Shown here in pieces: positions 27,483 through 36,116 of a DNA stretch of 64,000 nt. A program made the position numbers and the translations under genes. Each line of letters begins with the position of its first letter. Position 1 is the first letter of the stretch. Source of the DNA: Eubacteriales bacterium (lineage in GTDB: Bacteria; Bacillota; Clostridia; Oscillospirales; CAG-272); assembly GCA_045577925.1 (NCBI GenBank), contig JAZNJH010000008.1:15973-79972 (forward strand), in the 5' to 3' direction. The notes below the pieces were generated by a model. It saw only the letters and a list, made by a program, of their open reading frames with translations. It did not search any database and was not told the DNA's origin.

Positions 27483-28115
27483 ATGGAAAAGCTTATAGCA
27501 AAAGATTTACTATCAATAAAGGCGGTATTTTTCCGTCCCGACGAGCCTTTTACATGGGCAAGCGGAATCAAGAGCCCCGTATATTGCGATAACAGACTCA
27601 CACTTACAGCACCCAAGGTACGTAACGACGTAGAAAACGGACTCTGTGAGCTTGTAAAGAAGCATTACCCTGAATGCGAAGTACTTATGGGAACTTCAAC
27701 AGCCGGCATCGCTCACGCAGCTATCTGCGGACATATCCTCGATATGCCTATGGGCTACGTTCGTTCAGGCGCTAAGGATCACGGCAGACAGAATCAGATC
27801 GAGGGTAAGCTTGAAGCAGGACAGAAGGTCGTCGTAGTGGAAGACCTTATCTCAACAGGCGGAAGCGTTATCGAAGTAGTAAACGTTTTAAGAGAAGCCG
27901 GTGCCGAAGTTCTCGGTATCGTCAGCATCTTCACATATGGTATGAAGAAAGGTCTTGACCGCCTTGCGGAAGCAAACGTCAAGAACGTGTCGCTTACAAA
28001 CTTTGACGTTATCGCAGAGGTAGCGTCTGAAGAAGGCTACATTAAGCCAGAAGACGTAAAAAGACTTATCGCTTTCAGAAACAATCCCTCAGACGAAAGC
28101 TGGATAAAAGCGTAA
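27483..28115 (+). CDS. pyrE: Orotate phosphoribosyltransferase
   Basis: PRPP-binding [13 protein letters not shown]; 210 aa. Confidence 0.9.
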   Translation: MEKLIAKDLLSIKAVFFRPDEPFTWASGIKSPVYCDNRLTLTAPKVRNDVENGLCELVKKHYPECEVLMGTSTAGIAHAAICGHILDMPMGYVRSGAKDHGRQNQIEGKLEAGQKVVVVEDLISTGGSVIEVVNVLREAGAEVLGIVSIFTYGMKKGLDRLAEANVKNVSLTNFDVIAEVASEEGYIKPEDVKRLIAFRNNPSDESWIKA

Positions 28116-28155
28116 AAACGTTTTGTGCCGCAATGGCGGCTGAATGGAGAAAATC

Positions 28156-29268
28156 ATGAGAAGTCTTATGGATCCGCTTGATTTAAGCGTTGAGGAAATT
28201 GACGAGCTTATTGCGCGTGCAAACGATATTATAGATAACCCGGCAAAATACAGCGAAATGTGCCGCGGCAAGAAGCTTGCAACACTCTTTTTTGAACCGT
28301 CAACAAGAACTCGACTGAGTTTTGAAGCGGCTATGTACGAGCTTGGCGGAAATGTTCTCGGCTTTTCTGCTGCAAACAGTTCATCTGCTGCAAAAGGTGA
28401 AAGCGTTGCTGATACGGCAAAAACGGTTAGCTGCTATGCCGATATTATCGCTATGCGCCACCCTCTTGAGGGCGCACCTTACGTTGCATCACTTAACTCA
28501 GACGTCCCGATAATAAATGCAGGAGACGGAGGACATAACCATCCGACCCAGACCCTTGCAGACCTTTTAACGATAAGCCGCGAAAAGGGAAGACTCAATA
28601 ATCTTACAGTCGGATTTTGCGGAGACCTCAAATACGGCAGAACTGTTCACTCGCTTATAATTGCACTTGCAAGATATGCAGGTATTAAAATAGTTCTCAT
28701 ATCACCCGATGAACTAAAACTTCCCAACTACGTTAAGATCGGCGTTCTTGACAGACAGAATATTCCTTACAGTGAATGTGACGATCTTGAAAAAGCTATA
28801 CCTGAGCTTGATATACTCTATATGACACGCATACAGGGTGAGCGCTTTGCAGATAAAGACGAGTATGAACGTCTCAAGGACTTTTACATACTTACTCCCG
28901 ATAAGCTAACCCATGCTAAAGAGGACCTTTCGATAATGCATCCGCTTCCCAGAGTAAATGAGATAAGCGTTGCAATAGATAATGATAAGCGTGCTTGCTA
29001 TTTCAAGCAGGTAAGTAACGGTAAGTATATCCGTATGGCGCTTATACTTAAGCTGCTCGGTATTACTGAGTCTGATGCGCCCAAACCTGATAAGAGCAAG
29101 GAAATTCTTATAAAAGATAAGCTTGTATGTAAGAATACAAGATGTATTACCTCCTCTGAACAGGAGCTTGAACAGGTCTTCAAGGTAACAGACGTTGATG
29201 CCGGAATCTGCAGATGTATATACTGCGAGAAGAAATCCGAAAAGCTTTATAGCGAAATAAATCTTTAA
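28156..29268 (+). CDS. pyrB: Aspartate carbamoyltransferase catalytic chain fused to a PyrI-type zinc domain
   Basis: ATCase motifs [21 protein letters not shown] and HPLPRVNEI. The C-terminal ~50 aa, [10 protein letters not shown]...CRCIYCEKK, match the PyrI Zn domain (Cx4C...Cx2C). ATG at 28156 follows GGAGA; an alternative ATG lies at 28144. Confidence 0.85.
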   Translation: MRSLMDPLDLSVEEIDELIARANDIIDNPAKYSEMCRGKKLATLFFEPSTRTRLSFEAAMYELGGNVLGFSAANSSSAAKGESVADTAKTVSCYADIIAMRHPLEGAPYVASLNSDVPIINAGDGGHNHPTQTLADLLTISREKGRLNNLTVGFCGDLKYGRTVHSLIIALARYAGIKIVLISPDELKLPNYVKIGVLDRQNIPYSECDDLEKAIPELDILYMTRIQGERFADKDEYERLKDFYILTPDKLTHAKEDLSIMHPLPRVNEISVAIDNDKRACYFKQVSNGKYIRMALILKLLGITESDAPKPDKSKEILIKDKLVCKNTRCITSSEQELEQVFKVTDVDAGICRCIYCEKKSEKLYSEINL

Positions 29269-29276
29269 ATTATAAT

Positions 29277-29300
29277 GGCGTACAGTCTTTTCTGTACGCC
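29277..29300 (+). terminator. Terminator hairpin at the end of the pyr operon
   Basis: ggcgtacag (29277-29285) / ctgtacgcc (29292-29300); the downstream T-tract is weak. Confidence 0.5.
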
Positions 29301-29362
29301 TTGTAATATTAAAGCATTTCCGTGAAAATAATTACACGTGATTAAAAGTACGGAGCTGTATT

Positions 29363-30724
29363 ATGTTAAGAAGTGAAAAAATAAAGAGAATATATGCCTT
29401 TATAATAAGTGCACTCCTTATCGTATCGATCGCGGCGCTTGTTTGGGCTATGAATAATCAGACTGCGCTTTGCAGAGACGATTATTCATATTCGTATACC
29501 TTCGCAGTCAAAGAAAACAAATTCAGAATAACAAATTTCAGGCAGATCATAGATTCTCAGATAAATCACTATAAGGTGATGAACGGACGAGCTGTAACAC
29601 ATACGCTTGCGCAAACCTTTCTGATGTTTGATAAAAGTATCTTTAATCTAATCAACACAGTGGCGTTTATTATTCTGATCTGTCTTATAGTATATCACTC
29701 AAAACAGGCAGGGAAGAACCACTTTTCGATAATGTTTCTTTCCGCTTTTTTGAGCCTCTGGTTCTTTACACCGTCATTCGGTAAGAGTTATTTGTGGCTA
29801 ACAGGGGCGTGCAACTACCTCTGGGGCATTCTTATAATACTTTTATACCTTTTGCCGCTCAGACACGCTTTGAACGGACCCTGCGGCATGAAGTTGACGA
29901 CCATGATAGTCCTGTCGCCTCTGTATTTTGTTTCAGGGCTTATAGCAGGGTGGACAAACGAAAATACGTCAGCGGCTCTAATGGTTATTAGTTTGCTTCT
30001 GATAATTGCAATAACTATAAAATACAGGCGCTTACCCGTGTGGCCACTTACAGGTTTTGCTGGCAACATCTGCGGATTTCTTTTGATGATACTTGCACCG
30101 GGTCAGTCGGTAAGACTTGAAGCAAACGGCGGATTCGGTTCTGTTGATGTGTGGCTTAAGCGCTTTGTGTCTATCAGTACCGATATGTTTAAATATCATG
30201 GGATACTCCTGATGCTGGCCTTTATATTTGTAGTGATAGCCATAATAAGAAAAAACAAACCAAAAGACTTTCTTATCACAGGTATATTTTTCGTTGGTTG
30301 GCTTGCATCTGTATATTCAATGATACTCTCACCATACTTTCCGCTTCGAACCTGGAGTGGACCGACGATACTTTTAACGATAACGCTTTTGTCTGCAATG
30401 TCGCAAGCATTGCCTGAAGATATTGGCAGAAAAACAAGTGTTATTATATGCATTATAGCCGCATGTCTTGGATATATATTTGCCGAGGATTATAAGCAAG
30501 CATATAATGATGTCAGCATAACCAAAGCGGCGGTTGATGCGCGTGTGGAAGCCATAAACAACGCTAAAAGAGAGGGAGTAAGCGAAATCGAACTCGATGC
30601 CATATACGGGCATTCAAGATTTGATGCATACGTTTCCATAGGAGATTTGAACAATGACTCATCAACATGGCCAAATACGGCAATTGCTATGTACTTTGGA
30701 CTTGATGAGGTTAGAAAAAAGTAA
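29363..30724 (+). CDS. Polytopic membrane protein (about 11-12 TM), possibly a GT-C-like/DUF6056-type glycosyltransferase
   Basis: 453 aa with hydrophobic segments throughout. A conserved-looking N-terminal loop CRDDYSYSY...NGRAVTHTLAQ and a soluble C-terminal tail. The function is a guess. Confidence 0.6.
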   Translation: MLRSEKIKRIYAFIISALLIVSIAALVWAMNNQTALCRDDYSYSYTFAVKENKFRITNFRQIIDSQINHYKVMNGRAVTHTLAQTFLMFDKSIFNLINTVAFIILICLIVYHSKQAGKNHFSIMFLSAFLSLWFFTPSFGKSYLWLTGACNYLWGILIILLYLLPLRHALNGPCGMKLTTMIVLSPLYFVSGLIAGWTNENTSAALMVISLLLIIAITIKYRRLPVWPLTGFAGNICGFLLMILAPGQSVRLEANGGFGSVDVWLKRFVSISTDMFKYHGILLMLAFIFVVIAIIRKNKPKDFLITGIFFVGWLASVYSMILSPYFPLRTWSGPTILLTITLLSAMSQALPEDIGRKTSVIICIIAACLGYIFAEDYKQAYNDVSITKAAVDARVEAINNAKREGVSEIELDAIYGHSRFDAYVSIGDLNNDSSTWPNTAIAMYFGLDEVRKK

Positions 30725-30751
30725 AAGGAACGGGGAAACCCGTTCCTTTTT
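30723..30751. terminator. Bidirectional terminator between the membrane protein gene and pdp
   Basis: aggaacggg (30726-30734)-gaaa-cccgttcct (30739-47), flanked by A-run and T-run. Confidence 0.75.
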
Positions 30752-32048
30752 ATATAATTTCAAAAATAAGCGGATGCTCTTCAGGTTTGCTATCAGAATA
30801 AGTTATCGATGACTTAAATATTTCAAAGGCTTCGGTGGCAAGCGCGGGAGTTGATGTGTGAAGCTCGGCAATTATATCGCCATCATTAACCTTGTCACCC
30901 GTTTTTTTCTTTAGAATAATACCGGCAAGCGGATCAATCCTTGAATTTTTGTCTGTACGGCCTGCACCGAGTTTTGTACTTGCAAGCCCAATCTTCTCTG
31001 TGTCCATAGCACAGATATACCCCTCGGTTTCAGCTTTCACCGGTACGACAACATTTGCTTTGCCAAACATATCGGGTGCTGATATATAACGAACGTCACC
31101 GCCTTGATACCCGATCCACTCAATAAACTTTTTGTATGCCGAACCCGATGCAAGTGTCTCACGGGCAAGCTCTATACCTTCAGAGTCGGATATTCCTCTG
31201 ACAGATGCTACAATCATTCCTGCAAGCGTTATCGAAACCTCTCTTAAATCGTCAGGGCCTCTTCCGGCAAGCACTTCAATCGCTTCCTTAACTTCAAGCA
31301 CGTTGCCGATAGCATAGCCGAGAGGCGTGTTCATGTCCGTTAAAGCCGCGCGAACGTTTCTGCCGCATCTTTTTCCGATATCACACATAATATGTGCCAG
31401 TTTCTTTGCGCTTTCAATATCGTGCATGAAAGCGCCGCTTCCGACTTTTACGTCAAGTACTATATTATGAGAGCCTGCGGCGATTTTCTTGCTCATTATA
31501 CTTGATGCAATAAGTGGCGCCGATTCAACCGTGCCCGTAACGTCTCTGAGGGCATAAAGCGCCTTGTCGGCCGGAGCAAGCAAACCACTTTGACCAACAA
31601 CCGCTATGTTTATATCTTTCACCTGATTTATAAATTCAATGGGCGTAAGCTCACTTTTGTAGCCGGGTATACTTTCAAGCTTGTCAACAGTACCGCCGGT
31701 GTGGCCCAGCGCCCGGCCTGACATTTTCGCTATCTTACATTCAAGCGCCGCCGTAATTGGCGCTACTATAAGCGTTGTTTTGTCGCCAACACCGCCCGTG
31801 CTGTGCTTGTCAGCAGAGAGCTTGCCAAAAACAGAAAGATCGAGCATATCACCCGACTTAGCCATGGCATCGGTAAGCTTTGCAGTCTCTTTTGTCGTCA
31901 TACCGGCAAAACAAACAGCCATAAGGAAAGCTGAGAGCTGATAATCGGGTATGGAAGCACCGGTAACACCGTCTATCAGAAAATCTATCTCGTAATCTGA
32001 AAGCTCCTGACCCGAGCGCTTCTTTTTTATTATGTCAATAAAGTTCAT
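30750..32048 (-). CDS. pdp: Pyrimidine-nucleoside (thymidine) phosphorylase
   Basis: DKHSTGGVGDKTT phosphate-binding motif; 432 aa. Confidence 0.9.
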   Translation of the reverse strand: MNFIDIIKKKRSGQELSDYEIDFLIDGVTGASIPDYQLSAFLMAVCFAGMTTKETAKLTDAMAKSGDMLDLSVFGKLSADKHSTGGVGDKTTLIVAPITAALECKIAKMSGRALGHTGGTVDKLESIPGYKSELTPIEFINQVKDINIAVVGQSGLLAPADKALYALRDVTGTVESAPLIASSIMSKKIAAGSHNIVLDVKVGSGAFMHDIESAKKLAHIMCDIGKRCGRNVRAALTDMNTPLGYAIGNVLEVKEAIEVLAGRGPDDLREVSITLAGMIVASVRGISDSEGIELARETLASGSAYKKFIEWIGYQGGDVRYISAPDMFGKANVVVPVKAETEGYICAMDTEKIGLASTKLGAGRTDKNSRIDPLAGIILKKKTGDKVNDGDIIAELHTSTPALATEAFEIFKSSITYSDSKPEEHPLIFEII

Positions 32049-32058
32049 ATTGCCTCCA

Positions 32059-33231
32059 TTATCGCTTTAAAATGGCATCAGCAAAGCTTTTGCCGGGAGT
32101 TTCAAAATCAACTCCAAGTATGTCGCATATAGTAGCCGCAATATCTGCAAATGTTGATCTTGTTGAAAGATTAACAGGCCTTATATCTTTTCCGTAAATA
32201 AGCAGGGGAGTGTATTCACGCGTGTGATCGGTGCTTAGGTCGCCCGGATCACAACCATGGTCTGCCGTGATGAAAAGAATATCACTATCGTTCATTTTAT
32301 CAATAAAACTTGAAATTTGCTTGTCTGCTTCAGACAAAGCCTTTGCATATCCGTCAATATCGTTTCTGTGACCGTAAATTGAATCAAAATCAACGAGGTT
32401 TGTAAAGCACAGACCGCTAAAATCACGATTTAATAGTTCATGAGTCAGCCTCATACCATCATCATTTGATTTTGATAGCAACGTATCGGTAACACCACAA
32501 CCTGCAAAAATATCCGTTATTTTGCCAATGGCAATTACGTCACCGCCGCTTGTTTTGATCGCATCAAGCATAGTTTCACTCGTTGGTTCAAGTGAAAAAT
32601 CGTGCCTGTTCGCTGTGCGCTTGAACTTGGGATACTCTCCAATAAACGGCCGGGCAATAACTCTGCCAACAGCATGCCTGCCACAGAGAAGCTTTCGCGC
32701 TATACGGCAATATTCGTATAGCTTTTCAGGTGCTACTATATCTTCGTGCGCGGCTATCTGGAAAACGCTGTCCGCGGAAGTATAGACGATAAGCGCACCG
32801 CTTTGAATATGTTCCCGTCCATAATCGCGTATAACATCTGTTCCGGAATAAGGCTTGTTGCACAAAATCTTTCTTCCTGTAAGTCTTTCAAACTCGCTTA
32901 TTATCTCATCAGGAAATCCGTTAGGATAAGTTGGCAGAGGAGTGTCAGATATGATTCCAGCAATCTCCCAATGGCCAATCGTAGTATCCTTGCCGCATGA
33001 AGCCTCAGACATACGTGCATACGCCGCAAGTGGCGAATCTATACAACCTAAATATTCCTGTCCATCAATATTTCCTATTCCAAGACGTTTAAGTGTCGGA
33101 ATATTAAAATACGCAGAGCTTGAAATGCGTCTGAGCGTATCAGTTTCTTCATCGTGAAAGTCAGCGGCATCAGGCATGGCACCGATTCCGAGACTGTCGA
33201 GGACTATCAAAAATATTTTTCTGTTGTTCAT
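32059..33231 (-). CDS. deoB: Phosphopentomutase
   Basis: N-terminal IVLDSLGIG and ITADHGCDPG metal-binding motifs; 390 aa. Confidence 0.9.
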   Translation of the reverse strand: MNNRKIFLIVLDSLGIGAMPDAADFHDEETDTLRRISSSAYFNIPTLKRLGIGNIDGQEYLGCIDSPLAAYARMSEASCGKDTTIGHWEIAGIISDTPLPTYPNGFPDEIISEFERLTGRKILCNKPYSGTDVIRDYGREHIQSGALIVYTSADSVFQIAAHEDIVAPEKLYEYCRIARKLLCGRHAVGRVIARPFIGEYPKFKRTANRHDFSLEPTSETMLDAIKTSGGDVIAIGKITDIFAGCGVTDTLLSKSNDDGMRLTHELLNRDFSGLCFTNLVDFDSIYGHRNDIDGYAKALSEADKQISSFIDKMNDSDILFITADHGCDPGDLSTDHTREYTPLLIYGKDIRPVNLSTRSTFADIAATICDILGVDFETPGKSFADAILKR

Positions 33232-33956
33232 TTATTCTCCATTTTGACTGCCGTGTCAAGTGCAATCTCCATCATCTTCACAAAGGTAGTCTGTCTTTCT
33301 TCGCTTGTTGTCTGCTCGCCTGTCAGTATATGGTCTGATATCGTGCATATAGCAAGTGCAGACTTTCCTGCGCGTGCTGCAGTCATATATAGGCCTGCCG
33401 CTTCCATTTCAACTGCGAGTACACCCATTTTTCTCCATGCGTCTGTTGCAGATATATCATCACTGTAAAATCTGTCAGAAGATAGCAGATTGCCAACGTG
33501 GAAAGTGCTATTATGCTTTTCTGCCTGCTCTATGGCAGTTTTCATAAGAGTATAGTCTGCAATCGGTGCGAAGCTTCCGGGAAGCCTATACTGTCCTGCA
33601 AATGCAGAATCAGTGCAGGCGCCCATACCGATAACTATATCTCTGAGCTTTAATTTTTCGCTCATAGCACCTGCAGAGCCTATTCTGATAATGTTTTCAA
33701 CGCCAAAGAAATTGTAAAGCTCGTATGAGTATATTCCGATTGACGGCATGCCCATACCGCTCGCCATAACACTTACGTTAACACCTTTGTATTTTCCCGT
33801 ATATCCCTGAATTGAACGTACGTTGTTTATAAGTCTTGCATTTTCAAGAAAGTTTTTTGCAACAAATTCGCTTCTTAAAGGGTCGCCGGGCATGAGGACG
33901 GTTTTAGCAAAATCATCAGGGGTAGCATTTATGTGAGGAGTAGGGTAGTTTTTCAT
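33228..33956 (-). CDS. deoD: Purine nucleoside phosphorylase, DeoD type
   Basis: PTPHINA..., GMGMPSIGIYSYEL and AVEMEAAGLY motifs; 242 aa. Confidence 0.9.
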   Translation of the reverse strand: MKNYPTPHINATPDDFAKTVLMPGDPLRSEFVAKNFLENARLINNVRSIQGYTGKYKGVNVSVMASGMGMPSIGIYSYELYNFFGVENIIRIGSAGAMSEKLKLRDIVIGMGACTDSAFAGQYRLPGSFAPIADYTLMKTAIEQAEKHNSTFHVGNLLSSDRFYSDDISATDAWRKMGVLAVEMEAAGLYMTAARAGKSALAICTISDHILTGEQTTSEERQTTFVKMMEIALDTAVKMENK

Positions 33957-33977
33957 TTTGTAAACCTTCCTTGTATA

Positions 33978-34652
33978 TCAATATCCGCTTGCATTTTCAT
34001 TTTTAACAAGCTTTACGATTCTACTCGTGCCGAGTCTTGAAGCGCCGAGTTTTATAAACTCCTTGGCATCTTCAAGGGATGAGATGCCGCCTGCAGCCTT
34101 GATTTTTACGTGAGGTGCAACATGGTCTGAAAAGAGAATGATGTCTTCTTTCGTAGCACCGCCGGTAGAAAAACCTGTTGACGTTTTAATATAATCCGCA
34201 CCCGACTTACTGACTATTTCGCACATTTTGATTTTTTCTTCATCAGTTAAAAGACACGTTTCAATAATAACTTTGAGTATTTTGTCACCGCAGGCAGCCT
34301 TTACAGCTTTGATCTCAGCAAGGATATTATCATATTCTCGATCCTTGAGCATGCCGAGATTTATGACCATGTCAATCTCATCAGCACCGTTTTCGATAGC
34401 ATTAGCCGCTTCGAAGCGCTTAGCTTCTGTAGTTGAATATCCGTTTGGAAATCCGATAACTGTGCATATACGTACACGTGAATTGGCGTATTCAGCCGCT
34501 CTTTTTACAAAAGAAGCAGGAATACACACAGAAGCAGTCTTGTAAGCTATTCCGTCATCAATGATCTGTTTAATATCAGAAAACTTTGCAGTTGTGGAGA
34601 GCAGAGTATGGTCGACCTTCGCGAGAATTTCTTTTATGTCCATTATTTTCAC
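33978..34652 (-). CDS. deoC: Deoxyribose-phosphate aldolase
   Basis: IDHTLL, the Schiff-base lysine in DYIKTSTGF, and VKAAGGI. Confidence 0.9.
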   Translation of the reverse strand: MKIMDIKEILAKVDHTLLSTTAKFSDIKQIIDDGIAYKTASVCIPASFVKRAAEYANSRVRICTVIGFPNGYSTTEAKRFEAANAIENGADEIDMVINLGMLKDREYDNILAEIKAVKAACGDKILKVIIETCLLTDEEKIKMCEIVSKSGADYIKTSTGFSTGGATKEDIILFSDHVAPHVKIKAAGGISSLEDAKEFIKLGASRLGTSRIVKLVKNENASGY

Positions 34653-34756
34653 CTTCTAAAGAAAATGTATTACATCTATAATATAGCATAATTATAAAAA
34701 TTTGTAAAGCGAAAAAAAGTCGATATTTGTCTAAACGAAAAATTTAATTGCATCCA

Positions 34757-34785
34757 TTGACAAATATCCGCTTATAATGTATAAT
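34757..34785 (+). promoter_or_regulatory. Sigma-A-type promoter preceding the preQ1 riboswitch
   Basis: TTGACA (34757-34762), 17-nt spacer, TATAAT (34780-34785). Confidence 0.6.
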
Positions 34786-34797
34786 GTAGTAGTAAAA

Positions 34798-34840
34798 TCG
34801 GACAGTTCGAAACCATCCTGTCCTTAAACAAAACTATGGG
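34798..34840 (+). promoter_or_regulatory. preQ1-I riboswitch aptamer
   Basis: P1 ggacag (34800-05) / ctgtcc (34818-23), loop uucgaaaccau, A-rich tail uuaaacaaaacua. The 3' ugg can pair with loop cca (H-type pseudoknot). Closely parallels the T. tengcongensis aptamer CUGGGUCGCAGUAACCCCAGUUAACAAAACAAGG. Confidence 0.75.
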
Positions 34841-34867
34841 CAATTCTTATAAAGATGTGCTTTTTCT

Positions 34868-34897
34868 ATGCGCCCGTAGTGGCGCATTTTATTTTTT
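34868..34897 (+). terminator. Riboswitch expression-platform terminator
   Basis: atgcgcc (34868-74) / ggcgcat (34881-87), followed by ttttatttttt. Confidence 0.7.
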
Positions 34898-34909
34898 GAG
34901 AGGTTATAT

Positions 34910-35617
34910 ATGACAAACGAATTACTGCTAATAGGTTCTGTGGTATTGATATTTGGTTCAGTTCTTGTCTCTTACCGTTTGTTCGGCAAACTCGGACTAT
35001 ATGCAATGACCGTTATTGCAACGGTGTTTGCAAATATTGAAGTGCTGATTTTAGTTGATGGATTTGGGCTTGAGCAAACGCTTGGAAACGTAATGTTTGC
35101 TTCCACATATCTTATAACGGATATATTAAGCGAAAACGAAGGAAAGAAAAGCGCATCAAGAGCCGTGTGGTTAGGCGTTTTTACTTCAGTCATTATGCTT
35201 GTATTTACTCAGTATTGGATGCTGTACGAGCCTGCCCAGAGCGACTGGGCAAGCCCACATATCAGCGCAGTATTTTCAACAACGCCGCGAATGTTAGCTG
35301 CAAGCTTTCTCGGTTACGTTATATCACAACGCTTTGACGTATGGCTATATCACATGTTATGGGATTTAACAACAATGAAATGCGGAGATAAAACCCGATA
35401 TTTGTGGTTTCGCAATAACGTTGCAACACTCATTTCGCAGGTTATAAATACCGTAATATTCACAACGATTGCGTTTGCAGGCTGGTACGATACAAAAACG
35501 CTTATATCTATCATGTTGTCAAGCTACGTAGTATATATATTCACGAGCTTGCTTGATACCCCGGCACTTTACCTCGCACGGCGCATGAAAGCAAAAGTTA
35601 AAAAGGAGACACTTTGA
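34910..35617 (+). CDS. Queuosine-precursor transporter (YhhQ/VUT, DUF165 family)
   Basis: 235 aa, 6 TM, YhhQ-like segments NVMFASTYLITDILSENEGKK and FRNNVATLISQVINTVIF. It sits directly behind a preQ1 riboswitch. Confidence 0.8.
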   Translation: MTNELLLIGSVVLIFGSVLVSYRLFGKLGLYAMTVIATVFANIEVLILVDGFGLEQTLGNVMFASTYLITDILSENEGKKSASRAVWLGVFTSVIMLVFTQYWMLYEPAQSDWASPHISAVFSTTPRMLAASFLGYVISQRFDVWLYHMLWDLTTMKCGDKTRYLWFRNNVATLISQVINTVIFTTIAFAGWYDTKTLISIMLSSYVVYIFTSLLDTPALYLARRMKAKVKKETL

Positions 35618-35632
35618 AAGTGTCTCCTTTTC
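35600..35632. terminator. Bidirectional terminator between the yhhQ-like gene and nrdR
   Basis: aaggagacac (35603-12) / gtgtctcctt (35620-29), flanked by A-run and T-run; overlaps the yhhQ stop codon. Confidence 0.7.
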
Positions 35633-35633
35633 A

Positions 35634-36095
35634 TTATTTCTGATTTTTGCGCAGAATGTCCTCAATTTCGTGCATAAAGGTTTCAACGTCCTTGAATTCA
35701 CGGTAAACAGAAGCAAATCTGACGTAAGAAACAGCGTCAATCTCCTTGAGATTGTCCATTACCATACTTCCGATCGTACTGACGTGAACTTCATTTTTGA
35801 GCGTGTTGTGAAGTTCGTTTTCGATGTCGTTAACGATCTTTTCCATCTGTTCAACGCTTACAGGACGCTTCTGGCAAGCATGCATGATACCGTTTAATAC
35901 TTTAGTTCTGTCAAATGGCTCGCGGCTGTCGTTCTTTTTTATCACCATAAGCGGGATAGTCTCGATTACCTCATATGTCGTAAACCTGCGCTGGCAAGAA
36001 AGACATTCGCGTCTGCGGCGTATTGAATTTCCCTCGTCTGTAGAGCGAGAGTCAATAACTTTGCTTTCAGTATGTCCGCAACCGGGGCATCTCAT
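35634..36095 (-). CDS. nrdR: Transcriptional repressor NrdR
   Basis: MRCPGCGH...[12 protein letters not shown] zinc ribbon followed by an ATP-cone; 153 aa. Confidence 0.95.
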   Translation of the reverse strand: MRCPGCGHTESKVIDSRSTDEGNSIRRRRECLSCQRRFTTYEVIETIPLMVIKKNDSREPFDRTKVLNGIMHACQKRPVSVEQMEKIVNDIENELHNTLKNEVHVSTIGSMVMDNLKEIDAVSYVRFASVYREFKDVETFMHEIEDILRKNQK

Positions 36096-36116
36096 AAGCG
36101 TTTACCTTTCCTTGTT

